A DNA stretch of 64,000 bases from Candidatus Aminicenantes bacterium (lineage in GTDB: Bacteria; Acidobacteriota; Aminicenantia; JAMOAD01), in assembly GCA_027031485.1 (NCBI GenBank), contig JALVQI010000211.1, forward strand, positions 559 through 64,558. Direction: 5' to 3'. Shown piece after piece: positions 36,566 through 45,341 of this stretch. The notes under the pieces are model-generated. The model saw only the letters and a list, made by a program, of their open reading frames with translations. It searched no databases and was not told the origin of the DNA. The position numbers were made by a program, and so were the translations under genes. Every line of letters begins with the position of its first letter. The first letter of the stretch is position 1.

Positions 36566-37351
36566 TTATTCCTCCTTTCCTATTTTTTCTTCTATTTCTT
36601 CCTCGTTAGATTCTTCTCCTGAAACAGGTTCTTCTTCTCTGTCAACAGGAATTGTTTCTTTCTCTTCTCTCTTTTTCCTTCCTTCTAAAATTGCATCCGC
36701 AAATTTGGAGGCAAAGAGTTTTATTGATCTTATAGCATCGTCATTTCCCGGGATGGGGTAATCTATGATTTCAGGATTACCGTTTGTATCAACAACTCCA
36801 ACTATCGGAATATTTTTCTTAATTGCTTCCAGAACAGCAATTTTTTCTCTTTCAGTATCAATCACAATTAGAAAACCGGGAAGATCTTCCATATCTTTAA
36901 CTCCGTTTAAATTTTTGTAAAGTTTTCTATAAACTTTCTCGAGTTTGCTCTGTTCCTTTTTATTGAGTTTTTCCCATTCTCCTTCAGTTTTCATCCTCTC
37001 GTATTCTTTGAGTTTTTCAATACTTTTTTTAATTGTATGAAAGTTAGTTAGAAGACCACCCAGCCATCTTACATTAACATAGAAAGCCCCTGCTCTTTTA
37101 GCTTCCTCCTCAATAATATCCTGAGCCTGCTTTTTTGTGCTAACTATTATGGGTTCTTTGCCGTTTGCGACTTGCTCTTCTATATAGAGAAGAGCTTTCT
37201 CCAGCATTTCCTGCGTTTTTGCAAGATCTATTATATATATTCCATTTCTTTTCCCGTAAATATAAGGCTTCATTTTAGGATTCCATCTATTTGTTTGATG
37301 CCCGAAATGAACACCTGCTTCCAATAGCTCTTTCATTGAAACTTCTACCAC
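36566..37351 (-). CDS. rpsB: 30S ribosomal protein S2
   Basis: The track ORF extends to 37438, overlapping rpsI. I place the start at GTG 37351 ([25 protein letters not shown]), 5 nt after GGAGGA. There is an acidic C-terminal tail of about 40 aa. Confidence 0.9.
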   Translation of the reverse strand: MVEVSMKELLEAGVHFGHQTNRWNPKMKPYIYGKRNGIYIIDLAKTQEMLEKALLYIEEQVANGKEPIIVSTKKQAQDIIEEEAKRAGAFYVNVRWLGGLLTNFHTIKKSIEKLKEYERMKTEGEWEKLNKKEQSKLEKVYRKLYKNLNGVKDMEDLPGFLIVIDTEREKIAVLEAIKKNIPIVGVVDTNGNPEIIDYPIPGNDDAIRSIKLFASKFADAILEGRKKREEKETIPVDREEEPVSGEESNEEEIEEKIGKEE

Positions 37352-37364
37352 TTTGTCCTCCTTT

Positions 37365-37763
37365 TTATCTCTTGTGATATTGAGGTGCTTTTCTTGCTTT
37401 GTGAAGTCCGTATTTTCTTCTCTCTTTTTCTCTTGCATCTCTTGTTAAAAGCCCCTCTTGCTTTAATTTTGTTCTAAGCTCCGGATTAAATTTAAGCAGA
37501 GCTCTTGCAATACCCAATTTAATGGCATCTGCTTGAGCTGACACTCCGCCACCTTTTATTGTTATGTATAGATTAAACTTATCCATTGTCTCTGTTACAA
37601 AAAATGGTTTTCTTATTTGAGTTTTCATCATCTCGAGAGAGAAATAGTTTTCAAAATCTCTTTTTCTATTGTTTACAATAAGCTCAACTTTTCCCTCTCC
37701 CGGTCTTAAGAAAACTCTTGCTATAGCTGTCTTTCTTTTCCCTGTTCCATAGTATTGAATCAC
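37365..37763 (-). CDS. rpsI: 30S ribosomal protein S9
   Basis: YYGTGKRKTAIARV... and a C-terminal KARKAPQYHKR. Confidence 0.95.
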   Translation of the reverse strand: MIQYYGTGKRKTAIARVFLRPGEGKVELIVNNRKRDFENYFSLEMMKTQIRKPFFVTETMDKFNLYITIKGGGVSAQADAIKLGIARALLKFNPELRTKLKQEGLLTRDAREKERRKYGLHKARKAPQYHKR

Positions 37764-37777
37764 TTTCTATTTCCTCC

Positions 37778-38206
37778 TTATATGTTTAAAATTTCAGGCT
37801 TCTGTGCTTTATGAGGATGATCTTCACCGGTATAAACTTTAAGTTTTCTTAAAAGTTTTCTCCCCATAGCATTCTTTGGCAGCATTCCCTTAACAGCATG
37901 TCTGAGTATTTCCTCTGGTTTTTTCTCTCTCATTTCACCAAGTGTTACTTCTTTTATTCCACCCGGATAACCTGAATGACTGTAATATTTTTTATCACTC
38001 TCTTTTTTCCCTGTGACGACTATTTTTTCCGCATTGATAACAACCACAAAATCACCCGTATCAAGAAAATTAACAAAATCGGGTTTATGTTTACCTTTGA
38101 GTATTGTGGCTATTCTTGTGGCAAGTCTTCCCAGTGTTTGTCCTTTTGCATCCACTAACCACCAATTTCTTTTAATATCTTTCTTTTTAGGTATAAATGT
38201 TTTCAT
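37778..38206 (-). CDS. rplM: 50S ribosomal protein L13
   Basis: [30 protein letters not shown]. Confidence 0.95.
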   Translation of the reverse strand: MKTFIPKKKDIKRNWWLVDAKGQTLGRLATRIATILKGKHKPDFVNFLDTGDFVVVINAEKIVVTGKKESDKKYYSHSGYPGGIKEVTLGEMREKKPEEILRHAVKGMLPKNAMGRKLLRKLKVYTGEDHPHKAQKPEILNI

Positions 38207-38236
38207 CTTATTATTCTCCCGAAAAATTGAGTATAT

Positions 38237-38265
38237 AGGATACTCAAAAATGCACTAAATGTCAA
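38237..38265 (-). promoter_or_regulatory. Candidate promoter TTGACA-17-TATCCT for the rplM-rpsI-rpsB-tsf-pyrH operon
   Basis: Read on the minus strand. The -10 is weak. Confidence 0.35.
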
Positions 38266-38370
38266 TAGTTTACAAGTTTTTTCTCAAAGAACATTTTTCT
38301 CAACATTTAATAAATAAGCATTAACTCTTATATTTTCCATTTTATCATAAAACAAGAAAAACGCATAAAC

Positions 38371-38398
38371 TTGATTTTTTATAACTCTTCTGTAAAAT
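38371..38398 (+). promoter_or_regulatory. Candidate promoter TTGATT-16-TAAAAT for the radical SAM gene
   Basis: Read directly. The SD AGGAAAGGAG follows. Confidence 0.4.
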
Positions 38399-38414
38399 AT
38401 GCAGAGGAAAGGAG

Positions 38415-39338
38415 ATGATGAAGGAATATCCCGTTTATTTAAAAACTTTTGAGAGTGGAGATTTAAGGAGGAGAATTAACTTTTTGGAAGAGAAGATAGA
38501 ATTCTGTGAGCTTTGCCCGTGGAAGTGCAAAGCGGATAGAAAGTCAGATGATAAAAGGAGTGTTTGCGGTGGGGGGTATTATCCAAAGGTTTCAAGCTAT
38601 AATCTTCATTTTGGGGAAGAGCCTCCTATTTCCGGATATAGGGGCTCAGGCACTATTTTTTTAACGGGATGTCAGCTCAGATGTGTTTATTGCCAGAATT
38701 ATCCTATTTCTCAGTTAAGATATGGAAATGAATATAGTTTTGAGGAGTTTGCCGATATGATGATAGAACTTCAACATAATGGAGCTCACAATATCAATTT
38801 TGTCACTCCGACTCCATGGATTTTTCAGATAATAAAATCTCTTGAGATTGCCATAAAAAAAGGACTTAAAATCCCAATAGTCTGGAATACGAGCGGTTAT
38901 GAAGAGCTTGAAGCTCTGAAGTTTTTAGATGGAATAGTTGATATATATCTGACTGACATAAAATATTCAGATGATAGATACGCTTTAAAATATTCAAAAG
39001 CAAAATCATATTTTTCAATCGTTAAAAGAGCTGTTATTGAAATGTATTCACAGGTTGGTGATTTAGTTATGGAGGAGGGAATTGGAAAAAAGGGATTAAT
39101 CATTAGACATCTTGTTTTACCTGAGAATATCTCAGGATTTGAAAAAATATTAAAATTTTTAAAGGAGGATATTTCGTCCAATGTTTATATATCCTTGATG
39201 AGCCAGTACTTTCCTGCATACAGAGCCGATGAATTTCCCGAACTTTCAAGGAAAATTACCAGGGGAGAGTATGATAAAGCTCTTTATCTTCTTGAAAAAT
39301 ACGGGTTTAAAAATGGCTGGATTCAGCCTGAATGTTAA
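38415..39338 (+). CDS. Radical SAM protein (PflX-like, pyruvate formate-lyase activase homologue)
   Basis: CxxxCxxC cluster motif CQLRCVYCQN. N-terminal Cys cluster CELCPWKCKADR...VCG. Confidence 0.75.
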   Translation: MMKEYPVYLKTFESGDLRRRINFLEEKIEFCELCPWKCKADRKSDDKRSVCGGGYYPKVSSYNLHFGEEPPISGYRGSGTIFLTGCQLRCVYCQNYPISQLRYGNEYSFEEFADMMIELQHNGAHNINFVTPTPWIFQIIKSLEIAIKKGLKIPIVWNTSGYEELEALKFLDGIVDIYLTDIKYSDDRYALKYSKAKSYFSIVKRAVIEMYSQVGDLVMEEGIGKKGLIIRHLVLPENISGFEKILKFLKEDISSNVYISLMSQYFPAYRADEFPELSRKITRGEYDKALYLLEKYGFKNGWIQPEC

Positions 39339-39356
39339 GCGAGGAAGGAAAAATAA

Positions 39357-39385
39357 TTGACATAATCTTTCATATGCTTTATATT
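39357..39385 (+). promoter_or_regulatory. Promoter TTGACA-17-TATATT, with the -10 ending 5 nt before ATG 39391 (leaderless type)
   Basis: Hexamers and spacing were read directly. There is no SD. Confidence 0.55.
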
Positions 39386-39390
39386 AGAAA

Positions 39391-40458
39391 ATGAGAAGAT
39401 ATTTAATCTTTTTCTTAGTCTTTTTGTTAATGGGGGGGTTATTATTCTCTTTTGACGAACTTTTTGAGCCATCTCCGTTTGGTATAGGAACAGGATACAC
39501 ACTTTCAATATTTCAGCTTTCCCCCACAATAGGCATATACATGCCGGGAGGGAGTTTTCCGCCATCCGCAGCTTTTTCAAAGGTGAGCTATACGGAAGAA
39601 AACGGAAATTTTAAAAATTATCTCTATAATAAAAATAGCATAATTTCTGATAACAATTATTTTAAGGGAGTAAGTGCGTATTCAATAGTTGCAGCATATG
39701 GTAATTTTTCAATTTTTAGAATCTCGCTTGATAATCTTTTTTCAAGATATGATTCTGAAAAAGATAGTTTTTTTCTGAGTGGTTTTAAGGGGCAGATCTA
39801 TGGGGCTACTTATTATAAAAAAAGCGGAAACTTTCAATACGGACTGAGCTTCAAAAGATACAGCGGAAAGTTTTATTCAGGCTACACTGATATTACTGAA
39901 TATTACAGGAGTTTTGGGGATCAGTATAATTATATGAAAGAAAAAATGGAAAGTTTCGAACCTTTAAAAGATGAAGGCGGCTCGGACAATGTATCTTTTT
40001 ACACTCTTGAATCATCGATATCTTTTGCTGTTTACAGATTCCTCTATCTTTCTTTGAAAATTTCTCCCATAAATAAAGTAAAAATTTCAGCTATGGATAA
40101 AACGATCTCCCCTACCTACAAAGGCGGGATTACTTTTATTGCTTCAAGAGCAACCTCTTTTAATTTTTCAATACTATTAAAAAGTGAAAATGATTTTTAT
40201 AGTGATACATTAAAACAGCCTGTGAGCCTATCCATGATTCACTTTTTCTCAAATATCTCTTTTATAACACTTTCATGGAAAAGTGATGTTAAAAGTGAAC
40301 ATCTATTTGCTGCGGGATATCAATCCGTTCTTTCCGGGGGAATTGGTTATGTTTTCGGAAACACAGTTTACACATTTGTCTCCGCCTCTTTATCATCCTG
40401 GAATAAACTTTCATCCTTTAATTTTTCAATTGCATATATATCGCATAATTTCAAGTAA
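39391..40458 (+). CDS. Hypothetical secreted/outer-membrane beta-rich protein
   Basis: Signal peptide. Alternating aromatic/hydrophilic strands rich in Y/F/S/G. I recognised no motif. Confidence 0.4.
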   Translation: MRRYLIFFLVFLLMGGLLFSFDELFEPSPFGIGTGYTLSIFQLSPTIGIYMPGGSFPPSAAFSKVSYTEENGNFKNYLYNKNSIISDNNYFKGVSAYSIVAAYGNFSIFRISLDNLFSRYDSEKDSFFLSGFKGQIYGATYYKKSGNFQYGLSFKRYSGKFYSGYTDITEYYRSFGDQYNYMKEKMESFEPLKDEGGSDNVSFYTLESSISFAVYRFLYLSLKISPINKVKISAMDKTISPTYKGGITFIASRATSFNFSILLKSENDFYSDTLKQPVSLSMIHFFSNISFITLSWKSDVKSEHLFAAGYQSVLSGGIGYVFGNTVYTFVSASLSSWNKLSSFNFSIAYISHNFK

Positions 40459-40459
40459 T

Positions 40460-41830
40460 CTACTTCAGGAAAATAAGTTCTCCTACAAATTTATTGTTGT
40501 CAAATTTTTCTAATTTGAAGTTTGCTATATTTTCAGGATAAAAAACAATGGGGATAAGATCCTGCGGTTTTATAACTCCTCCTATGGCATTTTTCCTGAC
40601 AGGAAGAAGTTTTGGAAGATTCTTTCTTTCGTAAATTTGGGCATAGGTGAAAACCAATTTTGTTTTATCTTTTTGCGGGATCACAATTTTTTGAGTTTTT
40701 AAATTTTTATCTATTTTCTTTAAAATTTCTCTTTTTTCTTCAATTATAAAATTTCTTGAAAATTCCCCCAATATTCTGTAATCCTGAATTTCTCTCCGGA
40801 TTTTGGGATAATTGTAAACTAAAGAAAATAGGACGAAAAATGATATTAAATAGTTTATGATTTTATATCTTTTTGAAAAAGTGTTAAAAATCCTGAAATA
40901 GATTGTTATAAATCCAATTGAGGGGAAAAGAATATATCTTGAAGAGAGTTTCGGAAGAAATGCAAAAAATATTGTATAAACAATCCAGAAAGAAAAAATG
41001 GAAATTGAAAATTTATCCTTTATTCCTATTTTAACCATATAGATAATTATCATAACAATGATGCTAAAAAGAACAAGAAATCCGTATATCGGGTTAACAG
41101 AGTAGGGGGAGATATTCATAGATCTTAAAAGAATAAAATAAAATTTTACAAGAAATAACTTTGCACTGATGAATGAAGTATACTGCTCTGTTTGAGAGAT
41201 TTGAAGAACAAATCTGAATAAAAGAAGGATTATACCCGTACCCACACAGTATTTTTTCCCTTTTTTATTGGAAACAATGAAAAGGGGAATTAAACTTAAA
41301 ACAATAACCTCTTTGGTGAAAAAAGCCAGACTGAAAAAAATCGCAAATAGTAAATACCTGTTTTTAAACAGAAAATTTACGGAGATTATAAAGAGTAGAA
41401 AAGAGAGAAAATAAACTGAAGCTGATAGGTTTAAAATGGATTCGGAGGAAAAAACATTGATAAAAATTAGAACAGTTAGTGAAAATGAGAGAAAAGGGGA
41501 AAAATCAAACTTTTTTTCAAGGGTATAAAACAGAGAAATTGCGGTTATAATATATACAAAAAACAAAGTAAGTCTTATTGCAAGCGGGGAAAGCCCGAAT
41601 AATTTTATAATAAATGTCAGGAAGATCAAAAAAACCGGATTAAAATCTCTGCCGTAAAGTTTAAAAACTTCAAAAGTATTGGCTTGAGAAAGTATTGCCC
41701 TTGAAAGCCACTCAAAATCATCTGAAAAAAAATAGTTGTTTAAAGCATTATAATAAAACAGAAAAATTATAACGGCTATTAGTAAAATATAAATTTTTCT
41801 TTTATGTGCTTTTATCCTTTCTATTATCAC
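40460..41830 (-). CDS. Polytopic membrane protein, GT-C-like (PMT/ArnT/TMTC-type) candidate glycosyltransferase
   Basis: About 12 TM helices. Acidic first-loop motif FFSDDFEWL after TM1. Soluble C-terminal domain. Confidence 0.4.
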   Translation of the reverse strand: MIIERIKAHKRKIYILLIAVIIFLFYYNALNNYFFSDDFEWLSRAILSQANTFEVFKLYGRDFNPVFLIFLTFIIKLFGLSPLAIRLTLFFVYIITAISLFYTLEKKFDFSPFLSFSLTVLIFINVFSSESILNLSASVYFLSFLLFIISVNFLFKNRYLLFAIFFSLAFFTKEVIVLSLIPLFIVSNKKGKKYCVGTGIILLLFRFVLQISQTEQYTSFISAKLFLVKFYFILLRSMNISPYSVNPIYGFLVLFSIIVMIIIYMVKIGIKDKFSISIFSFWIVYTIFFAFLPKLSSRYILFPSIGFITIYFRIFNTFSKRYKIINYLISFFVLFSLVYNYPKIRREIQDYRILGEFSRNFIIEEKREILKKIDKNLKTQKIVIPQKDKTKLVFTYAQIYERKNLPKLLPVRKNAIGGVIKPQDLIPIVFYPENIANFKLEKFDNNKFVGELIFLK

Positions 41831-43189
41831 CTATTTTTTATTCTTTAAAAGTATTTTATCATAAAGAATTACCCCTGCTATTGAAAGAATACCCATAAAT
41901 GCAACAATTGTCCACATAATCGGAGCCTGTATGGGTTTTCCCGCATTGTGAGGATCTAAAATAAAGTGTTGGAAGAAAATTCCTCCGATTGGAGCACCGA
42001 CTATTGTTCCGATTGCCATAGGAAGATTGGCATATCCTAAGTATAATCCCTCCTGTCCTTTAGGAGCTATCGCTCCGATGTATTCATAAATTCTCGGTGA
42101 GGCAAACATCTCCCCCAGAGCCATGGAGGCAATTGAAATTAACATGAAGATTCCACCGATTGGGATCATAAGCCCGGCAATGCTCTTTTTAAGGGCAGGA
42201 TCAAGGTGGAATATGAAAGGAACAGTGTTCAATAACATTCCTATAACTGTTATACCGATGCCAACCATTATTGATTTTAAGGGTGTCCATTTTCTGGATA
42301 TCTTTGTTATTAGGAGCTGAAGAAAGACTATCATCACGGGATTTATCAGGGTGTAAAGCTCAACGGGAGCATTCTTATCTATGAATCTTAGAAAGAGTGG
42401 GATAAGGTTGTAAATCTGAACATATATAAACCAGAAAAAGCCTATGACTATTAAGAAGAATACGAATTTTAAATTTTTTAATACAATGAACATTCCTATG
42501 ATGGCATCTTTTAATGTCTTTGGTTTCTGTAAATCCTTTTCAGAAATACTTTCTGTCTCCTGATACTTTGGTTCTCTGTACAAAAAGATTACGACAAGCA
42601 GGCCTATGAAAGCAAAAGAGGTTGCAACATATGAAAAAATCGCGGGAATTCCCATTTTAATTCTGACAAAGTAAGACACTGTTCTTCCAAACATTGAGCC
42701 AATGTTAATGGTCATATAAAATATTCCGAATCCGAGTGTGGCAAGAGCACCTGATGTTTTTTGAACTGAGCCTGAAATACACGGTTTTACGAATGAGCCT
42801 CCGATTCCTATGAAAACTATGCCAATTACAATGGGTATGGTGTAATCAATATGTTGAGAATGTCCTACAACAGCAGGCCAGAATTTTTGAACCGTTCCCA
42901 TGATAAAGTATCCTGCGGTAATCAATATAAAAGCAAATGTCAGAGACTTTTTAAATCCGTACTTATCAGCAAGAGTTCCACTAAGTATTGGTAAAAAGTA
43001 TATTATCCCCCAGAGAATTGTCCCGTTTAAAAAGGTTGAAAAGGTTGGGCTCATCCCCAGAGTTTCGTGAAGATATATAACTACAAAAGATGCGACAGCA
43101 TAGTATGCCGCTCTTTCAAAAAGTTCAATTGTATTGGCAGACCAGAATGTGAGTGGAAATCCCCATAATTTTTTTTCTTTACTCTGCAT
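41831..43189 (-). CDS. POT/PTR2-family proton-dependent oligopeptide transporter
   Basis: PTR2 signature FWSANTIELFERAAYYAV. 452 aa, about 12-14 TM segments. SD GGAGG. Confidence 0.8.
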   Translation of the reverse strand: MQSKEKKLWGFPLTFWSANTIELFERAAYYAVASFVVIYLHETLGMSPTFSTFLNGTILWGIIYFLPILSGTLADKYGFKKSLTFAFILITAGYFIMGTVQKFWPAVVGHSQHIDYTIPIVIGIVFIGIGGSFVKPCISGSVQKTSGALATLGFGIFYMTINIGSMFGRTVSYFVRIKMGIPAIFSYVATSFAFIGLLVVIFLYREPKYQETESISEKDLQKPKTLKDAIIGMFIVLKNLKFVFFLIVIGFFWFIYVQIYNLIPLFLRFIDKNAPVELYTLINPVMIVFLQLLITKISRKWTPLKSIMVGIGITVIGMLLNTVPFIFHLDPALKKSIAGLMIPIGGIFMLISIASMALGEMFASPRIYEYIGAIAPKGQEGLYLGYANLPMAIGTIVGAPIGGIFFQHFILDPHNAGKPIQAPIMWTIVAFMGILSIAGVILYDKILLKNKK

Positions 43190-43215
43190 TTTACCTCCTC
43201 TCTTTGATAATTAAA

Positions 43216-43288
<73 letters not shown>

Positions 43289-43297
43289 AATGGAAAT

Positions 43298-43306
43298 ATT
43301 ATATCA
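43298..43306 (-). promoter_or_regulatory. Extended -10 element TGaTATAAT, 9 nt upstream of the tRNA-Thr 5' end
   Basis: Read on the minus strand. The -35 is poor (TTTTAT). Confidence 0.4.
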
Positions 43307-43330
43307 ATTTTTAAATTTTTATAAAAATAC

Positions 43331-43358
43331 TTGCATCCTTTTATTCTGTCATTAATAT
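43331..43358 (+). promoter_or_regulatory. Candidate promoter TTGCAT-16-TAATAT, 11 nt upstream of ATG 43370
   Basis: Read directly. Confidence 0.45.
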
Positions 43359-43369
43359 GGAAGGTAAAA

Positions 43370-43555
43370 ATGAGCGCGCTACATCTGGTGATGAGCGGTT
43401 TTGTGCCCTTAATAGGAGGACTTCTAATAATTCCTGATATCTACGGGGAGGTGAAGCTTGCCATGCTATTTGCACAATTGGGAACGATTTATCCGGGGTT
43501 TGTCCTTTATGTTAACTTTCAAAATATATTGAAAAAGATTGGAGTTCAAGAATAA
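43370..43555 (+). CDS. Possible small (61 aa) membrane protein
   Basis: ATG 43370 lies within the track ORF 43331..43555. The product MSALHLVMSGFVPLIGGLLIIP...LGTIYPGFVLYV has two hydrophobic segments. A promoter-like element lies directly upstream. I recognised no homology. Confidence 0.3.
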   Translation: MSALHLVMSGFVPLIGGLLIIPDIYGEVKLAMLFAQLGTIYPGFVLYVNFQNILKKIGVQE

Positions 43556-43863
43556 TTCCTCCGTGGCTTATTTCAACAACCGCTTTCCTTCAATATTTCG
43601 GATTTATATTTATCATGGAATCTGTTCCGGAGGATTGGGTAAATGCAGTGCATGCAGGAAGATTCTGGATGTTTTTAAGAAGCTTAAGATCAAATTTAAA
43701 CCCCTCTCTTTCAATGTGGATATTTTATACACAATTTCCGGTCCTTCTGATTGTTTTTATAAGACTTCTTTTTGCCGGACTTTCGGGAAAAACTGGAAAT
43801 CAAAAAGAAAAATTTGAAGTAAAGGGATAGTCTTTCTCTGATTAATCAAATCAATGTCAAGAG

Positions 43864-43908
43864 ATAAGAATATCTATACAATAATTTATTTTTTTATGAT
43901 ATTCTTAT
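43864..43908. promoter_or_regulatory. Perfect 11-bp inverted repeat ATAAGAATATC-N23-GATATTCTTAT just upstream of the DUF445 gene RBS
   Basis: Read directly. Confidence 0.6.
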
Positions 43909-43920
43909 TATGAGGTTTTA

Positions 43921-45303
43921 ATGAAAAGAAGTAAGTTTTTTTATTTAAAGTGGGGTCTTTATCTGTCTTTTGCTACGGGCATTATCGCATATGCAATCAT
44001 TGTTTTTATACTCAAGAATCCAGGAATGATATGGGAACTTGAATTTTCGGTATCTCTGGCCGGACTTATAGGTATAGGGACAAATACAATTGCAATAGAG
44101 ATGCTCTTTCATCCTGTTGAAAAAACAATCTTCGGTAGACAGGGGATTTTGCCGGCTAACAGGGAGAAAATAGCCGAAAGTCTTGCTAATACCGTAAGAG
44201 AGAGGATAATCAATGAGGAGACAATATCAGAATACCTTAATAATGAAGATAAGTTAAAGCGGCTTTCCGGGAAAATAGTCGGAGTTTTAAAAGATTGGTT
44301 GAAAAATTCCGAAAATCAGGAGAAGATAAGGGGATTTTTAGAATCTCTTATAAAAAGCGAAGGAAAAGAGAAGCTTTTTAAAGAAATAGAGAGGTTTTCA
44401 GAAGATTTACTTGTTAAATACCTTTCCTCTGAAAATTTGAGATTTTCCGTAATTTTCAAAAAAATAAGAATATTTTTCAAACAGAAGAGAGAGGAAAAAG
44501 ATCCTCTTTTTGATAAATCTATAAGTTTATTAAAAGAGATTATAAATGAGCTTATTTCGGAAAACTCTGATAAGATAGCCAATTTAATCAATGAGATTAT
44601 TGATAATTTTGTAGAATCAAGAAAGGGAATTACCGGTATCATAATGGGGCTGGGAAGATTTTTTTTAGTATCAGAAGAGAGTGTTAAAAAATTTGTAAAA
44701 GATAGCCTGAATGACAAGAAGAAGGTTGGGAAGTTAGGTGATCTTATGGAAGAAATACTCCCGGATCTTGATAGAATTCTTAACAAAGAAAAAAACAAAA
44801 AAAGACTTTCGGAGATTTTTGAGCTCTCAAAGGTAAGACTATTTGTATATCTAAAAGACAAAGAGCTTAAAAAACTTATTGAAATAGCGGAGAGAAAATT
44901 TGACGGAATAATCAATGAGAGTAAGGAGTTTGAAAAATTTTTCGGAAAGCTTGATTCTTTCATTATCTCCTCTCTTGAGAAAATAGCGGATTATCTTAAA
45001 GGATATTCTGACAAAGGAAAAATAAAAGAACTTCTTGTAAAATCAGATATAGGAGGAACAGTTTATCGTATAGTTAAAACAAACATTCTAAAACAGGATA
45101 TGGAAGAATTTGAAAGAATGATGAAAAAAATTATGGGTGAGAATTTAGCATATATTGAGGTTATAGGTGGATTTTTGGGAGCTTTTATAGGATTGGGACT
45201 GTTCTGGAAACCTGTTCTGTTAATAGCTCCTTTGATTTTAGGTGTTTTTTTGATTATTGAAAAATTTCTTACCAGAATAAATAAAAAAAGGGCTGGTATT
45301 TAA
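43921..45303 (+). CDS. DUF445-like membrane protein with a long K/E-rich helical middle region
   Basis: N-terminal TM pair. The C-terminal motif NLAYIEVIGGFLGAFIGLGLF is typical of DUF445. Coiled, charged centre. Confidence 0.5.
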   Translation: MKRSKFFYLKWGLYLSFATGIIAYAIIVFILKNPGMIWELEFSVSLAGLIGIGTNTIAIEMLFHPVEKTIFGRQGILPANREKIAESLANTVRERIINEETISEYLNNEDKLKRLSGKIVGVLKDWLKNSENQEKIRGFLESLIKSEGKEKLFKEIERFSEDLLVKYLSSENLRFSVIFKKIRIFFKQKREEKDPLFDKSISLLKEIINELISENSDKIANLINEIIDNFVESRKGITGIIMGLGRFFLVSEESVKKFVKDSLNDKKKVGKLGDLMEEILPDLDRILNKEKNKKRLSEIFELSKVRLFVYLKDKELKKLIEIAERKFDGIINESKEFEKFFGKLDSFIISSLEKIADYLKGYSDKGKIKELLVKSDIGGTVYRIVKTNILKQDMEEFERMMKKIMGENLAYIEVIGGFLGAFIGLGLFWKPVLLIAPLILGVFLIIEKFLTRINKKRAGI

Positions 45304-45312
45304 TACCAGCCC
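45282..45312 (-). terminator. Rho-independent terminator of aor (stem GGGCTGGTAT/ATACCAGCCC followed by a U7 run on the minus strand)
   Basis: The hairpin spans 45290-45312 and the A7 run on the plus strand spans 45283-45289. It overlaps the last codons and the stop codon of the convergent DUF445 gene. Confidence 0.6.
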
Positions 45313-45341
45313 TTCTCATATTTAAATTTGTCTTCGGCTAA

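Noticed and set aside
37352-37438. Longer rpsB start overlapping rpsI
   Set aside because: The extension (MQEKKREENTDF...) is not S2-like and overlaps the rpsI 3' end. GTG 37351 has a well-spaced GGAGGA and yields the conserved S2 N-terminus.
43539-43830. Calling the 92-aa CxxC ORF or the overlapping 71-aa ORF as genes
   Set aside because: The CxxC ORF has no ATG or SD. The overlapping 71-aa ORF does open with an ATG but has no visible SD. The two frames overlap, and only half of a thioredoxin-like pattern is visible. I keep this as a low-interest finding only.
44316-44963. 215-aa antisense ORF within the DUF445 gene
   Set aside because: Its S/L/F-rich low-complexity product is the mirror image of the K/E-rich sense region. 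This is a classic antisense artefact. The same logic applies to the other antisense ORFs in the track (e.g. 45901-46257, 32588-32938, 59623-60027).
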